From contig JBHLMN010000004.1 in the NCBI GenBank assembly GCA_048938105.1, forward strand, positions 96,001 through 160,000: 64,000 nt of DNA, in the 5' to 3' direction. Positions 10,177-19,715 of this stretch are shown here, in pieces. The stretch is from Promethearchaeota archaeon (lineage in GTDB: Archaea > Asgardarchaeota > Heimdallarchaeia > Hodarchaeales > Hodarchaeaceae). The notes under the pieces were generated by a model. The model made no database searches, was not told the DNA's origin, and saw only the letters and a program-made list of their open reading frames with translations. The translations under genes were made by a program, and so were the position numbers. Position 1 is the first letter of the stretch. Each line of letters starts with the position of its first letter.

Positions 10177-11880
10177 ATGAAAGAAGCAAAATTGTTTCAA
10201 TTTATTGCCCTAATATCAATTGTTACTTTAGCACCGATGCTTACAGGAACTAAAATTCTTCCTGCTATACCCGCAAATGTTAAAGTAGACGAAATCCCTG
10301 GGGAAATAGGTCCAGGAACGTTGCCTGACTGGCACGAAGACGCACAGGTACAACTAGGTTGGATTTTTGATGACCCCACCAATCCCCAAGAAAGCACCCC
10401 CCTTCCAGGGTGGGATAAAGCCATTGGTGATATTCCTGTTTGGTCTTATATTCCAAATCGTACCGCATTTGGCTATCCCGCTCAATGGTACATCCGTATA
10501 CCTAATCTAATCAATGATAATCCATCCAAGAAATTCTGGATCAGCTGGGTCTACGAATTCGATACTTACCTACCTGAAGGTCTTCGTTCAGCTACTAACC
10601 TTGAATGGTATCCTGATTCTGGCCATGGAGAACCCCAGTATCTCGAAGAATGGTTTGATAGTGATGGTGAGCTGACCACAGATTTTTTACAGGCGACCCA
10701 TGCTCGCGTGACACAAAATCTCGATTTGTACCCCAATCCTCAATATGAAGACGTCTGGCTTGGAGTATACGGAGGTTCTAAGAACGCGGTAGAGGTATAT
10801 ATCAAAACACTCTGCGTTGAAGAAGTCGAACCTGTAACAATAGGTCCAGGAACATTACCTGACTGGCACGAAGACGCCCAAGTTCAGCTAGGTTGGATCT
10901 TCGATGACCCCACCAATCCTCAAAACACCAGCCCCCTACCAGGATGGGATAAAGCCATTGGTGATACTCCCGTTTGGTCTTATAATCCAAACCAAACAAT
11001 ACTTGATCAACCAGGACAATGGTACATTCGAATCCCTAATTTGGATAATGACAATCCAGCTAAAAAAGTCTGGATCAGTTGGGTCTATGAATTTGATCCT
11101 TATTTTGAAGGAGTCCAAGCAGCAACAAACCTGGATTGGTATCCTAACTCTGGCAGTGACAATCCTCAGATTCTCGAGGAGTGGTTTGATGGTGAAGGTG
11201 TTTTAACCACAAATCAATCAGAGGTGGCATATGGCAGAATAACGGGTGGTCTTGATCTATATCCCAATCCATTATATGAAGACATTTGGCTTGGGTTGTA
11301 CAACTCTCTGAATGCGCGTGAGGTTTATATCAAAACACTTTGTGTTACTGAGCCTAAGCCTGAAATCGATGTTGATGTAGAAGTCACCTTAATCCTTAAA
11401 TTGAGTCCCGATACTTTCGAATTCACGACGGATATTGAGCTGGGTTCCAACAGTGAGATCGAAGTCTCCACAAATATCAAATTGACCTCCAACGGTATTG
11501 AAGTCACCGCAGATATTAGTCTAGGAACAAATAATCTTGAAATCGCCATGAATTTTGGATTGAATAGCAGTTTCGGTGAAGAACTCGGAGTTATCATTAA
11601 TATTAAACTAAAAACCTCAGAAGATGGCATGGAGATCATTACAGATTTTGAAATGAATACTCCGTCTAGTGTCATTCAAACCGTCATAGATATGAACATA
11701 GGCCCTGATAGCTTTGAATTCAGTTCCGATGTTGATTTGAGTAGTAGCTTTGATAATATTGAGGTCTCTACGAATTTCAGTTTGAACCCTGGCGGTATCT
11801 CAGCCAGTACAGATATAGATTTAGACTCTATCGAAGCTGTCCTTGATATTCTGCTGATTAGTGGTACCAATCCATCGTAA
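10177..11880 (+). CDS. Secreted protein with two tandem ~175-aa domains and an acidic beta-repeat C-terminus
   Basis: Strong SD AGGAGGAG before ATG at 10177, then signal peptide MKEAKLFQFIALISIVTLAP. The ORF-track start at 9898 is probably over-extended. Confidence 0.75.
   Translation: MKEAKLFQFIALISIVTLAPMLTGTKILPAIPANVKVDEIPGEIGPGTLPDWHEDAQVQLGWIFDDPTNPQESTPLPGWDKAIGDIPVWSYIPNRTAFGYPAQWYIRIPNLINDNPSKKFWISWVYEFDTYLPEGLRSATNLEWYPDSGHGEPQYLEEWFDSDGELTTDFLQATHARVTQNLDLYPNPQYEDVWLGVYGGSKNAVEVYIKTLCVEEVEPVTIGPGTLPDWHEDAQVQLGWIFDDPTNPQNTSPLPGWDKAIGDTPVWSYNPNQTILDQPGQWYIRIPNLDNDNPAKKVWISWVYEFDPYFEGVQAATNLDWYPNSGSDNPQILEEWFDGEGVLTTNQSEVAYGRITGGLDLYPNPLYEDIWLGLYNSLNAREVYIKTLCVTEPKPEIDVDVEVTLILKLSPDTFEFTTDIELGSNSEIEVSTNIKLTSNGIEVTADISLGTNNLEIAMNFGLNSSFGEELGVIINIKLKTSEDGMEIITDFEMNTPSSVIQTVIDMNIGPDSFEFSSDVDLSSSFDNIEVSTNFSLNPGGISASTDIDLDSIEAVLDILLISGTNPS
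10306..11346 (+). repeat. Internal tandem duplication (copies at 10306-10818 and 10840-11346)
   Basis: Both copies begin IGPGTLPDWHEDAQVQLGWIFDDPTNPQ and end EVYIKTLCV. Confidence 0.9.
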
Positions 11881-11896
11881 TAAAATTAAAGGCAAA

Positions 11897-11929
11897 GGTC
11901 ACAAGAAGTGACCCCTCCTCTTTTTTTTT
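11897..11929 (+). terminator. Hairpin plus T-tract terminator
   Basis: ggtcac-aagaa-gtgacc followed by a T9 run, directly after the 11880 stop. Confidence 0.6.
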
Positions 11930-11961
11930 GTCTATCAGTGATATTCCAATGCATAACTCAA

Positions 11962-13200
11962 TTAAATTTTTTCTTTCTGCTTTTTTTTCCAAATTATTAG
12001 TAGTGGAACTGTAAGAAGTATAGATAAAAGGCCTATTGGAGAGGAAGTCTGAATTGTGCTGCTACTTGAACTAGGAAGATTTGTTAGATTAGTAATCATG
12101 TTGTCACTTGATTCAGTAATCACACTTGAACTGTTCGTATGCATTGGTTGAGTGCTTATTGTTGTTGGCGTGATTGCAGGTATTACTGTAGATGTTGCTG
12201 TAGATGTAGGTGTTGTTGTGGATGTAGATGTTGCTGTGGATGTAGGTGTTGTTGTGGATGTAGATGTTGCTGTGGATGTAGGTGTTGTTGTGGATGTAGG
12301 TGTTGTTGTAGTACTGACCACGGTATTCGTGATAGGTTCATCAGTCAATTCTTCGAAACCATATCTAGTTATTGCTAACCTTGTCGCGTTACCAAAAGTT
12401 GTGTTTACAAATAGGGAATAGTGAAATCTAGTCATTAAGTTATATGTTAAATCCGCTACAATATTAAAATCAGTGATCGAAACATATTTCCAATATCCAT
12501 ATGATGTGTTTGTTTCTTTCGTCCCATTATGCCGAAAAGACATAGAAAAATTGTCTTCAATTATTGCAGCATCAGAATCCACATACCAAGTACTAGTTAT
12601 ATTATCTGATATTGAAGTGTTCGTTCTAGGATAATCTCCTGTTGTCTCATTTACCAATTCCATATAGAATGTGTGGTTGGTGCCTATAAATACTGGAGGC
12701 CCAAGAGACTCTTCACTACCACTTGAAGAGCCTGGAGAGGAGAAATCAATAGATTCAGGGGATGCTATATCGAAGCCAAAACTTGAAAGTAATGCTAACA
12801 CGAAATAATGGAGTACCCAAGCATCTGTCATTGTGCTTAGTTCACTGGTGTCATTACGGATTCTTTGGGAAATATTAATTGTGTATATTGGCCCCAAAAG
12901 TGAGCTAAATAAATCGCTCCCGTTACCTTTCTGAATAGTTTTTACATCGATCTTGAATATATCACCCTCCATTGTTTCATTGGTGAGGCCAAACATATTA
13001 AGAAGGTTAAGCTCAGTAGTTTCATCCATAAAGTCTGATCCATTGATCTCTAACAAAATTTCGAGATCTGTGATTCTGAATTCAAAAATATCTCCGATTT
13101 TTATTGCTAATTCGGGGTATTCAGATGAAACAGCTTGAAAATTCAAGAGTAAGATAAAAATTAGTGAAAAAGAGATACCTTTAAGATATCTAGACTCTAT
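11962..13200 (-). CDS. Membrane-anchored S/T-rich surface glycoprotein (probable ATA start)
   Basis: The signal peptide (ESRYLKGISFSLIFILLLNFQAVSS) is complete only if translation starts at ATA 13200 after SD GAGGGG. Thr-rich linker, C-terminal TM and KKKQK tail. Confidence 0.7.
   Translation of the reverse strand: MESRYLKGISFSLIFILLLNFQAVSSEYPELAIKIGDIFEFRITDLEILLEINGSDFMDETTELNLLNMFGLTNETMEGDIFKIDVKTIQKGNGSDLFSSLLGPIYTINISQRIRNDTSELSTMTDAWVLHYFVLALLSSFGFDIASPESIDFSSPGSSSGSEESLGPPVFIGTNHTFYMELVNETTGDYPRTNTSISDNITSTWYVDSDAAIIEDNFSMSFRHNGTKETNTSYGYWKYVSITDFNIVADLTYNLMTRFHYSLFVNTTFGNATRLAITRYGFEELTDEPITNTVVSTTTTPTSTTTPTSTATSTSTTTPTSTATSTSTTTPTSTATSTVIPAITPTTISTQPMHTNSSSVITESSDNMITNLTNLPSSSSSTIQTSSPIGLLSILLTVPLLIIWKKKQKEKI
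12188..12309. repeat. 18-bp tandem repeat encoding TSTTTP/TSTATS units
   Basis: Repeated units tgtaggtgttgttgtgga and tgtagatgttgctgtgga. Confidence 0.85.
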
Positions 13201-13280
13201 TTTAATCCCCTCAACACTTTGAGATTACTTTTAAATAATCTATTAGTAAATGAAATAAGAACTTAACTAAATTAAATCTC

Positions 13281-13296
13281 CGGATAATTTTATCCG
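13281..13296. promoter_or_regulatory. Inverted repeat CGGATAA-N2-TTATCCG (operator or terminator)
   Basis: Perfect 7-bp arms in the intergenic region, with a second palindrome ATCCGGAT at 13306-13313. Confidence 0.4.
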
Positions 13297-13373
13297 AGAT
13301 GAAAAATCCGGATAGAGGGATTAGAGCGTATTTTTTGGGATTAATAAATTCGTAAGAGATTTGAGTCTTGGAC

Positions 13374-14705
13374 TCAGAAAGATTCTTTCAATTCCTGTAC
13401 CTTTGTTTTTATTAGTTCAGGGGCTTGTTTGAGAATACCAGGAGCTTCAGAACGAGGTTTTCCTTTGAATCTCCAAAGAATAATAATATACACTAATCCT
13501 ATTAATCCTGCAAGTAGTTCTAACTGTTGTATCTTCAACTGATCTGGATAACCAGTTATAACAGCGATAGCTGCATTTTCTAGAGAATAATAAAAACCCC
13601 AAATGCTCATGACGAACAGAACTAATGTTTTCGAATATGGATGAAGACAGTTGATTCGTTCGATTGGATTAACACGTTCAATACCATTCAGCGGCTCCAT
13701 CCGTTGTTCAATACCAAGAACTCTCCATACACCTAAAATTATTGCCAAAAAAAGGCCTAATAAGTCGAGTATACTAGTCAGTTCAGCTAAAGAACCACTT
13801 GAACTAGCAATGATAGGAATCATTGAGGTGGAAATGATTAATAGACTAAAACCTAGATAAAAAGGTAATATTCCTTTTTTACGTTCTCTTGTCGGTTCTG
13901 TACCCTTGATATGATCTTTAATAAACCATAAGAGCATAAACATAAAGGAGATGACAACTATCCCAGATAAAGTACTCCTATAGGATGCAATTGCTGGTTT
14001 AAACAGAGAAAAATCAAAAGAATTGAAAATAGAAAGCTCTATAAACTCACCTGATGTTCTATTAAAACCTAAAAGGATAGCAGCTATTAGTGGACCAAAA
14101 AGGCCAATTACTGATAAAATAATAAGAGCAAATAAACTATATCTGGAATAGCTTTCTAGAGGATAATCTGTATCAATAATATCAATAAAAATCAAGATTC
14201 CATTTAATAAGAAGAATGGCTCTAAGAACATCCAAATATAAAACATTAAAGGCCCCAAAGCCACTATCACAAAAAATGTAGATATTATCGAAATGTATAC
14301 AATGGCAACAGTCAGACCTGTAAAGAATATGGTAGATAGAATCAAAAGAATTTTGTATCTTGTACGGAAAGATGGAAGTTTTGGTTTTTGAAGAAAATTA
14401 GGTAGTTTTCCATTTTTAAATAGACTAAACAATGCCATTGCAGAAATGTATAGGTATAAAACCGCAGCTAAGGATAAAAAACTGGATGGAGTAATTGCTG
14501 GCTCCTCTCCCCTTAGAAAAGCGGAATGAACTCCTTCTATTGCTTCGGGGGACAAACTGGCAAAGTGCAAGAACGTTAAAATGAATGACAGAATATAGAA
14601 TGTTAATATCAATACCTTATGCCGTGAAATAACTAGATTTTCCTCTGAATCCACTTCGAAAACGAGGAGCTGGAAATCAGACAATTTCTCTGTGACATTA
14701 ACCAT
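13374..14705 (-). CDS. Polytopic membrane protein of unknown function
   Basis: About 10 hydrophobic segments; no recognised motif. Confidence 0.7.
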   Translation of the reverse strand: MVNVTEKLSDFQLLVFEVDSEENLVISRHKVLILTFYILSFILTFLHFASLSPEAIEGVHSAFLRGEEPAITPSSFLSLAAVLYLYISAMALFSLFKNGKLPNFLQKPKLPSFRTRYKILLILSTIFFTGLTVAIVYISIISTFFVIVALGPLMFYIWMFLEPFFLLNGILIFIDIIDTDYPLESYSRYSLFALIILSVIGLFGPLIAAILLGFNRTSGEFIELSIFNSFDFSLFKPAIASYRSTLSGIVVISFMFMLLWFIKDHIKGTEPTRERKKGILPFYLGFSLLIISTSMIPIIASSSGSLAELTSILDLLGLFLAIILGVWRVLGIEQRMEPLNGIERVNPIERINCLHPYSKTLVLFVMSIWGFYYSLENAAIAVITGYPDQLKIQQLELLAGLIGLVYIIILWRFKGKPRSEAPGILKQAPELIKTKVQELKESF

Positions 14706-14905
14706 AAGGGAATGTCTCCAGTATAATTGGAAATTATTGAATAAGGATTCATTGACTTGTTAAAAAGAATTCTAGTCTGCAAGTTAGAATTGATGAGGTC
14801 AAAATATCTACAGAGATTTCGTTCAAAAGAAGTTTCAAGCGTACTTAATATTATAAAGCACTTTCTATTTTTTTTTCATAACGACTTTGAATAACAAGCT
14901 TTATA

Positions 14906-15469
14906 CTACAAGCTTCTTTCTCTTCGTAATTGATCATCTAATAGCTTGATTTTATTCTCAACTTTTTCAATTACTTCTTCCATCGAGCCAAGATAGAAGT
15001 CATAGTAGTTGTAGAAAGTTTCCCCAACCTCTAAAATGTGTCTTGCTTCAGGAGTATCTTGAACTTCCTTGGGTAACTCCATCCATGCTTTCTCATGTTT
15101 TTCTAACTTGTTCATTTGCTGACGAAGCAGTTCAGAGGCCATCTTCATCCTATCAGCAAATGTCTTAAGAAAAGATCCAGAGCCAACATGGTATACCTTC
15201 TCCCTGGATCCCTTCGGCCGTCTTTTCGTTACAAAGAGAGCATTTTCAAGGTCTTTTAGGGTTTTAGATACTTGTCCACGAGAATAACCAGATGCTTCTA
15301 CGAGTTCTTTTTGGGTAAATGGTTTGGTTGATAATAAAATTATAGCGTACAATCGTCCTGCAACAGGATTATTTCCCCTAAGAGCCCAAATTTCTTCAAA
15401 TAGCTGAATAATACCGTTTCTAAATTCTTGTAACGTTTTTTCTGGAGAGTTAGATTCCGATTCCGTCAT
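14906..15469 (-). CDS. GbsR/MarR-family wHTH transcriptional regulator
   Basis: AGRLYAIILLSTKPFTQKELVEASGYSRGQVSKTLKDL...PKGSREKVY followed by a coiled-coil. Confidence 0.8.
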   Translation of the reverse strand: MTESESNSPEKTLQEFRNGIIQLFEEIWALRGNNPVAGRLYAIILLSTKPFTQKELVEASGYSRGQVSKTLKDLENALFVTKRRPKGSREKVYHVGSGSFLKTFADRMKMASELLRQQMNKLEKHEKAWMELPKEVQDTPEARHILEVGETFYNYYDFYLGSMEEVIEKVENKIKLLDDQLRRERSL

Positions 15470-15506
15470 CTATCATCAAATAATGATGATTTGGGTTTAA
15501 TTTTTA

Positions 15507-15526
15507 TATTTACCAAATTTTCCAAA
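15507..15526 (+). repeat. Left copy of 20-bp direct repeat TATTTACCAAATTTTCCAAA
   Basis: 19/20 identical to 37996-38015. Lies in the regulator promoter, at the left edge of the central cluster. Confidence 0.7.
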
Positions 15527-15552
15527 AACAGAAAAAGTTTTGATTCCTCCTT

Positions 15553-16830
15553 TTATTTCATTAATTGTTCAGCTATATCATCCTTAGCTTCAGCTATCTC
15601 TTTTTGGATCTCTAGATTAGTATTTCTTTCATTTGTCATTTGTTTGGTTTTTTCATCAATCCTTTTAATGATATTTAAATCAAATTGATTGAGCCTAGTC
15701 TTCTCTTTAGTTGAATGATTCAGATTAGAGAAGTCACCTTTAACACTATCCCCACGCTCTGCTGTTTTGATTTCATTTATTCGCTCCTGGTCCACACTAG
15801 CAAGTCTATCAGCTGTGACTAAATTAGATGTTTCTAAGGGATTTTCACCTAAAAATACTTCAAGTTGGCGTTCATTATACTTTCTTAATTGATGGATTTC
15901 CTCTGGGGAAAGATCAGGTATCTGTGGATCATATGAGGAGTCTGGTAGTAAATCTTCCATGATTTTCGACTCGTCCATTACATTGTGTCTTTTTTTAGAT
16001 TCAGTTTCCGTCCTTGGAGAAGATGGAATTGTATTTTGGGAATTATTGTTTTGATTAATTTTTAGATGAGGAATGACATCCCTATTCTCAACCTTCTTAG
16101 AGGTGTAAGTTGGGGGTTGTGGAAATGTGTTATTTGAGGGAGAAGGAGGAGGGGATTGAGAAGATCTATCGAGAAAAGCACCATGATAATCATGGGTTCC
16201 GTTCTCTTCTCGTTGGAGATCAGAGGATAATAATGGAGTAAAAACCAATCCAGGAATGATTTTCTCAATCGCATTTTGAAAGTCCAAGCTACGTTCACGA
16301 ATATTAAAATGAAAGTCTTTTAGTTGATTCAGTGAGGATAATAACTGAGTATAATTACACTCAGGGTAATCTAATGTAAGATTTAAGATAGTATTACCAG
16401 AATCTTCAATGATTCGGAATTGATGTCCTTGAAGATTTTTCAAGACGGAAAGACGGAAGTCTTGAGGTTTCCTATCAACCTGAAAATTTATCAACACGGT
16501 TGTTAGGTTCTCTTTTTGGGAGTATAAGATAATAGCTTCTGGAATATCATCCAATTGAAAACGATCTTGGGTTGTTGGGAGATTGGTAAAATGAAAGGTC
16601 TCCAACTGGTGCTTAATATCTACATTATCCAAAATAAGGCCGAGAAAATATCCAACAGACCCCAGTACTAATACCATGAGAACACTTGCATCCGTAACAT
16701 AATAAAACAGGCATCCACAGAGAAAACCGATAATTGCGGTTAGCACACTGCGCTCTAACATTAATATTTCATCCATTATATGATATTTTGTTCCAGAGTA
16801 TTTATACTCAAAATCAGAGCTACTGGTCAT
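15553..16830 (-). CDS. Two-TM membrane protein with a cytoplasmic domain and disordered C-terminus
   Basis: N-terminal TM hairpin, Pro/Ser-rich linker and terminal coiled-coil; starts 8 nt downstream of the helicase stop. Confidence 0.7.
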   Translation of the reverse strand: MTSSSDFEYKYSGTKYHIMDEILMLERSVLTAIIGFLCGCLFYYVTDASVLMVLVLGSVGYFLGLILDNVDIKHQLETFHFTNLPTTQDRFQLDDIPEAIILYSQKENLTTVLINFQVDRKPQDFRLSVLKNLQGHQFRIIEDSGNTILNLTLDYPECNYTQLLSSLNQLKDFHFNIRERSLDFQNAIEKIIPGLVFTPLLSSDLQREENGTHDYHGAFLDRSSQSPPPSPSNNTFPQPPTYTSKKVENRDVIPHLKINQNNNSQNTIPSSPRTETESKKRHNVMDESKIMEDLLPDSSYDPQIPDLSPEEIHQLRKYNERQLEVFLGENPLETSNLVTADRLASVDQERINEIKTAERGDSVKGDFSNLNHSTKEKTRLNQFDLNIIKRIDEKTKQMTNERNTNLEIQKEIAEAKDDIAEQLMK

Positions 16831-16838
16831 AGTGGCTA

Positions 16839-19628
16839 CTAGTGGAGAGTTTGAGCGAACTGATTGTAATCATCGCCTAAAGGGATCTCCATTCCTTCAA
16901 GAATGTACATGAGAAGAGACCGTGCTCCAAATTTATCCAATTTGGTGTTATTATGACTACAGCGAGGTAGAAATGTGCATTTCGGACATCCTTGAGGATC
17001 TTTACATTCACAAGCCAAAATATCATAAGCTCTGGTGAATAGCTCGGAGAGATGATCCAAAAGCATAGCACAGACTCCTGAACCATTAGCTTGGTCAAAC
17101 AGTAAAACATAGCCTTGGGGAATTAAGGCTAATCCTCCAATTTCACTGAGCTGCCCCCCAATAAAGGGCAGACTAGCGTGGAGAAGGACATGAACCAAGG
17201 TATGCAACGCAGCTCTAAAAGTACTATGATCAGAACCTATAATATCTGTAAAAAGAGTTGGAACCTGAAAAAGGAGGCCTTTGGAATGGGAGGAATAATA
17301 GAGAGGATCACGAAGTCTATTCATGGAAGTACCATTCGGAGACTCTAAAACATAGCCAAAAACCGTCTGAAGGACCTTTGTTTCAACTGATACGACTTCT
17401 AGTCCAAAGACATGATGATGAGTATGGAGGGTCAAGATCTCTGGTTTTAGCGAGGAGAGAGGATAAGTATTTCCCCACACACTCTTTGGCTTGATAAGCT
17501 CTGCTACCCCTCGTATTCCGTTAAAATAAAAACTAATCACTTGATATCGTGTGCCCCCAGAATAATAAAACGCCCCAGGATATAGTTCTAACATAGCAAT
17601 AGGCATCACACGTTTTCCGATTTTTCTTCCCCCACGTATTTTTATCACCACCTCGTGGTTCCTCCCTCGAATCGAATATCTCCGTGCTTGTTCTTGTCCT
17701 TCTTGCGTTGGCAGGAGAATGGATTCATCTACCTGATTCAGAAGATTTTCTGCTACTAATCTACTAAGGATGGGAGCATATTCAGGAAACTCACTCACAT
17801 CAATGGGATGATCGAGGGAGGCACATAGTAACTGGTTTTCTGTGACGTTAGGATTGTCGGGGTCAAAAAATACTTCTTCTATGTCTTGATAATACCGCTT
17901 GGGGTATCGATAATAGTAGTTAGAAATTGGATCTTCGCTATTTAGATGAATGATTGCTACTGCTTCTTGGCCCTTCCGACCTGCCCTTCCGATTCTTTGC
18001 ATAGCACGATTTACTGCAATAGGAGGCGTAATAACAATGTCTAAATCTCCAATATCGATTCCCAATTCAAATGTGGGTGTAGCTACCAATAAATCGATTA
18101 TACTGTCTTTGAAATCAGTTTCAACCTGTTCTCGGATTTTCTTGTCTAGTCCTGCCCGATGGATACCAACTCTTTTTGCAGTCCCTCCCAGCTTCTGATA
18201 TAAGATTTCGGCATTGCGATGCGAGTCTTGAAATACCAACGTCTTACCATGATATTTGATGCTGTTGACAAGACTTGTTACACTATCCAAAGTCGACATT
18301 CCTTCAAAGGGAGCTACCATTAAGAAGTGTAAACGGCCCCGTCGTCCATTCTGACATTCGATTACTGTGATAGGCCGATCGAGCAATTTTGAGGCAAACG
18401 ATTGCGCATTGGCAACTGTAGCTGAGGCTCCAATAAATTGTAGTTTTGTTTGTATTATTCGTTCTAAACGGCGCAATATGAAGTACATGTTTGAGCCAAA
18501 AGTTCCAGTATACGAATGGATTTCATCTAAAATGACGATTTTAAGGCCTGCGAGTAAATCCTGGAAATAACTGCTATTTTTCCCGATTCCTAAGTGATAA
18601 TGCAAAATATCAGGGTTAGTAATCAAAATTTCAGGGGGATCAGCATAGATTTTTTTCCGCCAATAGTGGCTAGTGTCTCCATCAAAGACTCACACTGACA
18701 AGCCTAGAAGGGATGCGAAATCCTCAATTTTCCGAAGTTGATCTTTAGCCAAGGCTTTCATCGGATAGATCAAAAGTAATTGTACTCCACAGTCCTTATA
18801 CTCACGAATCTTGAGTAGTGTTGGAAGAAGGAACGCCTCGGTCTTACCATTCCCTGTGGGGGCAACAATGCACACATCTTGATCCTTTTGAATCATGGTT
18901 ATCGCTTCTTCTTGAAATTGGAAAAAGTGAGTGATTTCCCGTTTCTTTAACGCTTTAACAAGATTAGGGTCGTTTAAAATGTCAATTCTCTTTCCTATCT
19001 CCCCAGGTTGGTTTTCAAACAGACGATAATCAACTATTTGATGCTGTGCAAATTGGATTATTTTTTGGATAGGTGTTGGGAGATCCTTAATGGGAATGTC
19101 AAACCGATTATGGAATTCAGTCAGTGTGATGACACTTTTCGGAGCCTTACTTTGGATAGTCAGTCCATCCTGAAGACCTAGCTCCTGATGAGATGGCAAT
19201 TTTTTCAATTTTCCTGAACTCGCAAGGCGAAGTTCTGTTGCCTTTTGTAGGCAAGCATTTCCCCCCGTCAGGGAATAATATTTTTGTAAACAGAACTCTC
19301 CTTTCCGAACGTCTCTCTGCTTAAAATAGAGTGAAGATAACTGCTTCCATGTTTCCCTATGCGTGTTATTTAATTGTAATATTCGGCCAAACGCCTTCTT
19401 GGCATCACTAATTTGTTTGAATTTCTGAAAGTGATTAGCGATTTCCGTGAGTAACTCAACAGACGGGGTGGGATTCTCTGAAGCTACAATGGCTCTAAAC
19501 TCTGCTAAGATGTCTTCAAGATCACGAAATTCCTGATAATCCTCTATAGCGGAACGATAGCGTGTCCACAAGTTTTTTTTGTTGTCCCCATGAATAGTCA
19601 TGATTTCATCAATGATGATTATTAACAT
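16839..19628 (-). pseudogene. Hrq1/MrfA-like DEAH helicase with DUF1998 Zn domain and N-terminal TPRs, interrupted by one in-frame TGA at 18692-18690 (nonsense mutation, readthrough or sequencing error)
   Basis: Motifs APTGNGKT, YPMKALAKDQ, DEIH, SAT, ATPTFELGIDIG, QRIGRAGR and CECKDPQGCPKC. The frame continues across the stop: LLGLSV*VFDGDTSHYWRKKIYADPPEILITNPD. Confidence 0.85.
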
Positions 19629-19715
19629 TCACTTATGAATGCGAAAATACTTTGAACCATAATACTGTGTAACAACCTTTATTTTAACCAAGTTATACCT
19701 TAGAGCGATTCAATG

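Noticed and set aside
12139-12421. Cys-rich (CCCGCR)n and Val-rich ORFs, or a CRISPR-like repeat
   Set aside because: Antisense readings of an 18-bp coding tandem repeat with no unique spacers.
18690-18692. Selenocysteine at the helicase TGA
   Set aside because: The position is not a Cys or redox site in this family, and no SECIS-like element was recognised.
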